Assembly (NCBI GenBank): GCA_963703075.1
Contig: OY969786.1
Coordinates: forward strand, 4,183,198 to 4,247,197
Source: an uncultured Acidobacteriaceae bacterium
GTDB lineage: Bacteria > Acidobacteriota > Terriglobia > Terriglobales > Acidobacteriaceae
Length of the DNA: 64,000 nucleotides
Reading direction: 5' to 3'
The notes below the pieces were generated by a model. That model searched no databases. It was not told where the DNA came from and saw only the letters and a list, made by a program, of their open reading frames with translations. The translations under genes were made by a program, and so were the position numbers. This document shows positions 63,484 through 64,000 of this stretch, piece by piece. Each line of letters opens with the position of its first letter. The stretch's first letter is position 1.

Positions 63484-64000
63484 TTATCCTTTGTTCTCCG
63501 GCAGGGCAAAGCTGAAGGTCGAGCCCATTCCGAGTTGAGACTGAATCCAAATGCTACCGCCGAGCCGTTCAACGATTTTTTTGCAAATCGCCAGCCCGAT
63601 GCCGGTACCCTTGAATTCTTCTCTTCCATGCAGCCGCTGGAAAATGACGAAGATTCTTTCAAAGTACTGAGGATCAATCCCGATGCCGTTGTCCTGGACA
63701 GAAAAGATCCATTCATTGCGGCCGTCTTTTTCTGCCGAGACATGTACGCGCGGAACTTCGGCACTGCGGTATTTGAGTGCATTGCTGACGAGGTTCTGAA
63801 ATACCTGCGTTAATTGGGTACCATCCGAGGTGATGGCGGGCAGTACCCCATGAGTCACCACCGCGTCGTTCTCTTGGATTGTCTCTCGCAAATTGGCAAG
63901 AGCGTCGTTCAATGCAACTTCGCTCGAAGTCTCCCGGAGAAGCTTGTCAGTTGCACCCGCGCGAGAGTAGGCCAGCAGGTCTTGAATCAACGTCTGCATG
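63484..64000 (-). CDS. Sensor histidine kinase, C-terminal part only (truncated by the window edge)
   Basis: DHp tail ...LIQDLLAYSRAG. HATPase_c boxes NLVSNALKY, DNGIGI, FQRLHG and GTGIGLAICKKIVE. The ORF runs off the window. Confidence 0.85.
   Translation of the reverse strand, partial: MQTLIQDLLAYSRAGATDKLLRETSSEVALNDALANLRETIQENDAVVTHGVLPAITSDGTQLTQVFQNLVSNALKYRSAEVPRVHVSAEKDGRNEWIFSVQDNGIGIDPQYFERIFVIFQRLHGREEFKGTGIGLAICKKIVERLGGSIWIQSQLGMGSTFSFALPENKG

Overview
This is a 64-kb, roughly 58-60% GC chromosomal segment. Its gene content looks like Acidobacteriota/Terriglobia: CarboxypepD_reg-type TonB-dependent receptors, a TPR-tailed Ser/Thr kinase and many orphan receiver proteins. That taxonomic call is inference, because no database search was possible. 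I support about 50 protein-coding genes. I found no rRNA, tRNA, CRISPR array, transposase or prophage.

Main blocks:
1. 7-9949: a TonB-dependent receptor, a LytTR regulator, a UPF0182 membrane protein and an alpha-galactosidase-like hydrolase with a PKD domain.
2. 10292-15066: a three-gene porin-cytochrome module. It comprises a decahaem MtrA/DmsE-type cytochrome, a 763-aa outer-membrane barrel and a 3-TM multihaem NapC/NirT/ImcH-like protein.
3. 15088-16211: a frameshifted Zn-alcohol dehydrogenase.
4. 16734-22932: a complete iscR-iscS-iscU-iscA-hscB-hscA-fdx-iscX operon. It carries three REP-like repeats in its intergenic gaps and an IscR-type palindrome upstream.
5. 23230-37920: housekeeping and envelope genes. 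These are a transglutaminase-like protein, a CheY-like regulator, tsaD, a cls-EEP-SDR operon, a Ser/Thr kinase, an OmpA-family coiled-coil protein, cca, a DciA-like protein, gatC and a frameshifted gatA.
6. 38067-40830: a yqjD/yqjE/yqjK-like trio, a PilZ protein, a LuxR pseudo-receiver regulator and a CheY-like regulator.
7. 41012-43602: pruA, an RHH-like protein and an SRPBCC protein.
8. 43605-47069: a 1154-aa GH18-like + CE4 deacetylase + GT2 synthase fusion, transcribed divergently from a GT39-like membrane glycosyltransferase.
9. 48729-60638: a second TonB-dependent receptor, a 380-bp structured gene-free gap, a LolA-like protein, serS, a secreted Ig-like protein, a Tat-exported hydrolase-like protein and a YihY-family protein.
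10. 61010-64000: a four-gene HK/RR/hybrid-HK/RR signalling block.

The most interesting candidates are the porin-cytochrome module and the trifunctional exopolysaccharide enzyme. Two conserved genes (gatA and the alcohol dehydrogenase) each carry an apparent 1-nt indel, which may reflect sequence quality rather than biology. All functional calls rest on motif recognition by eye.
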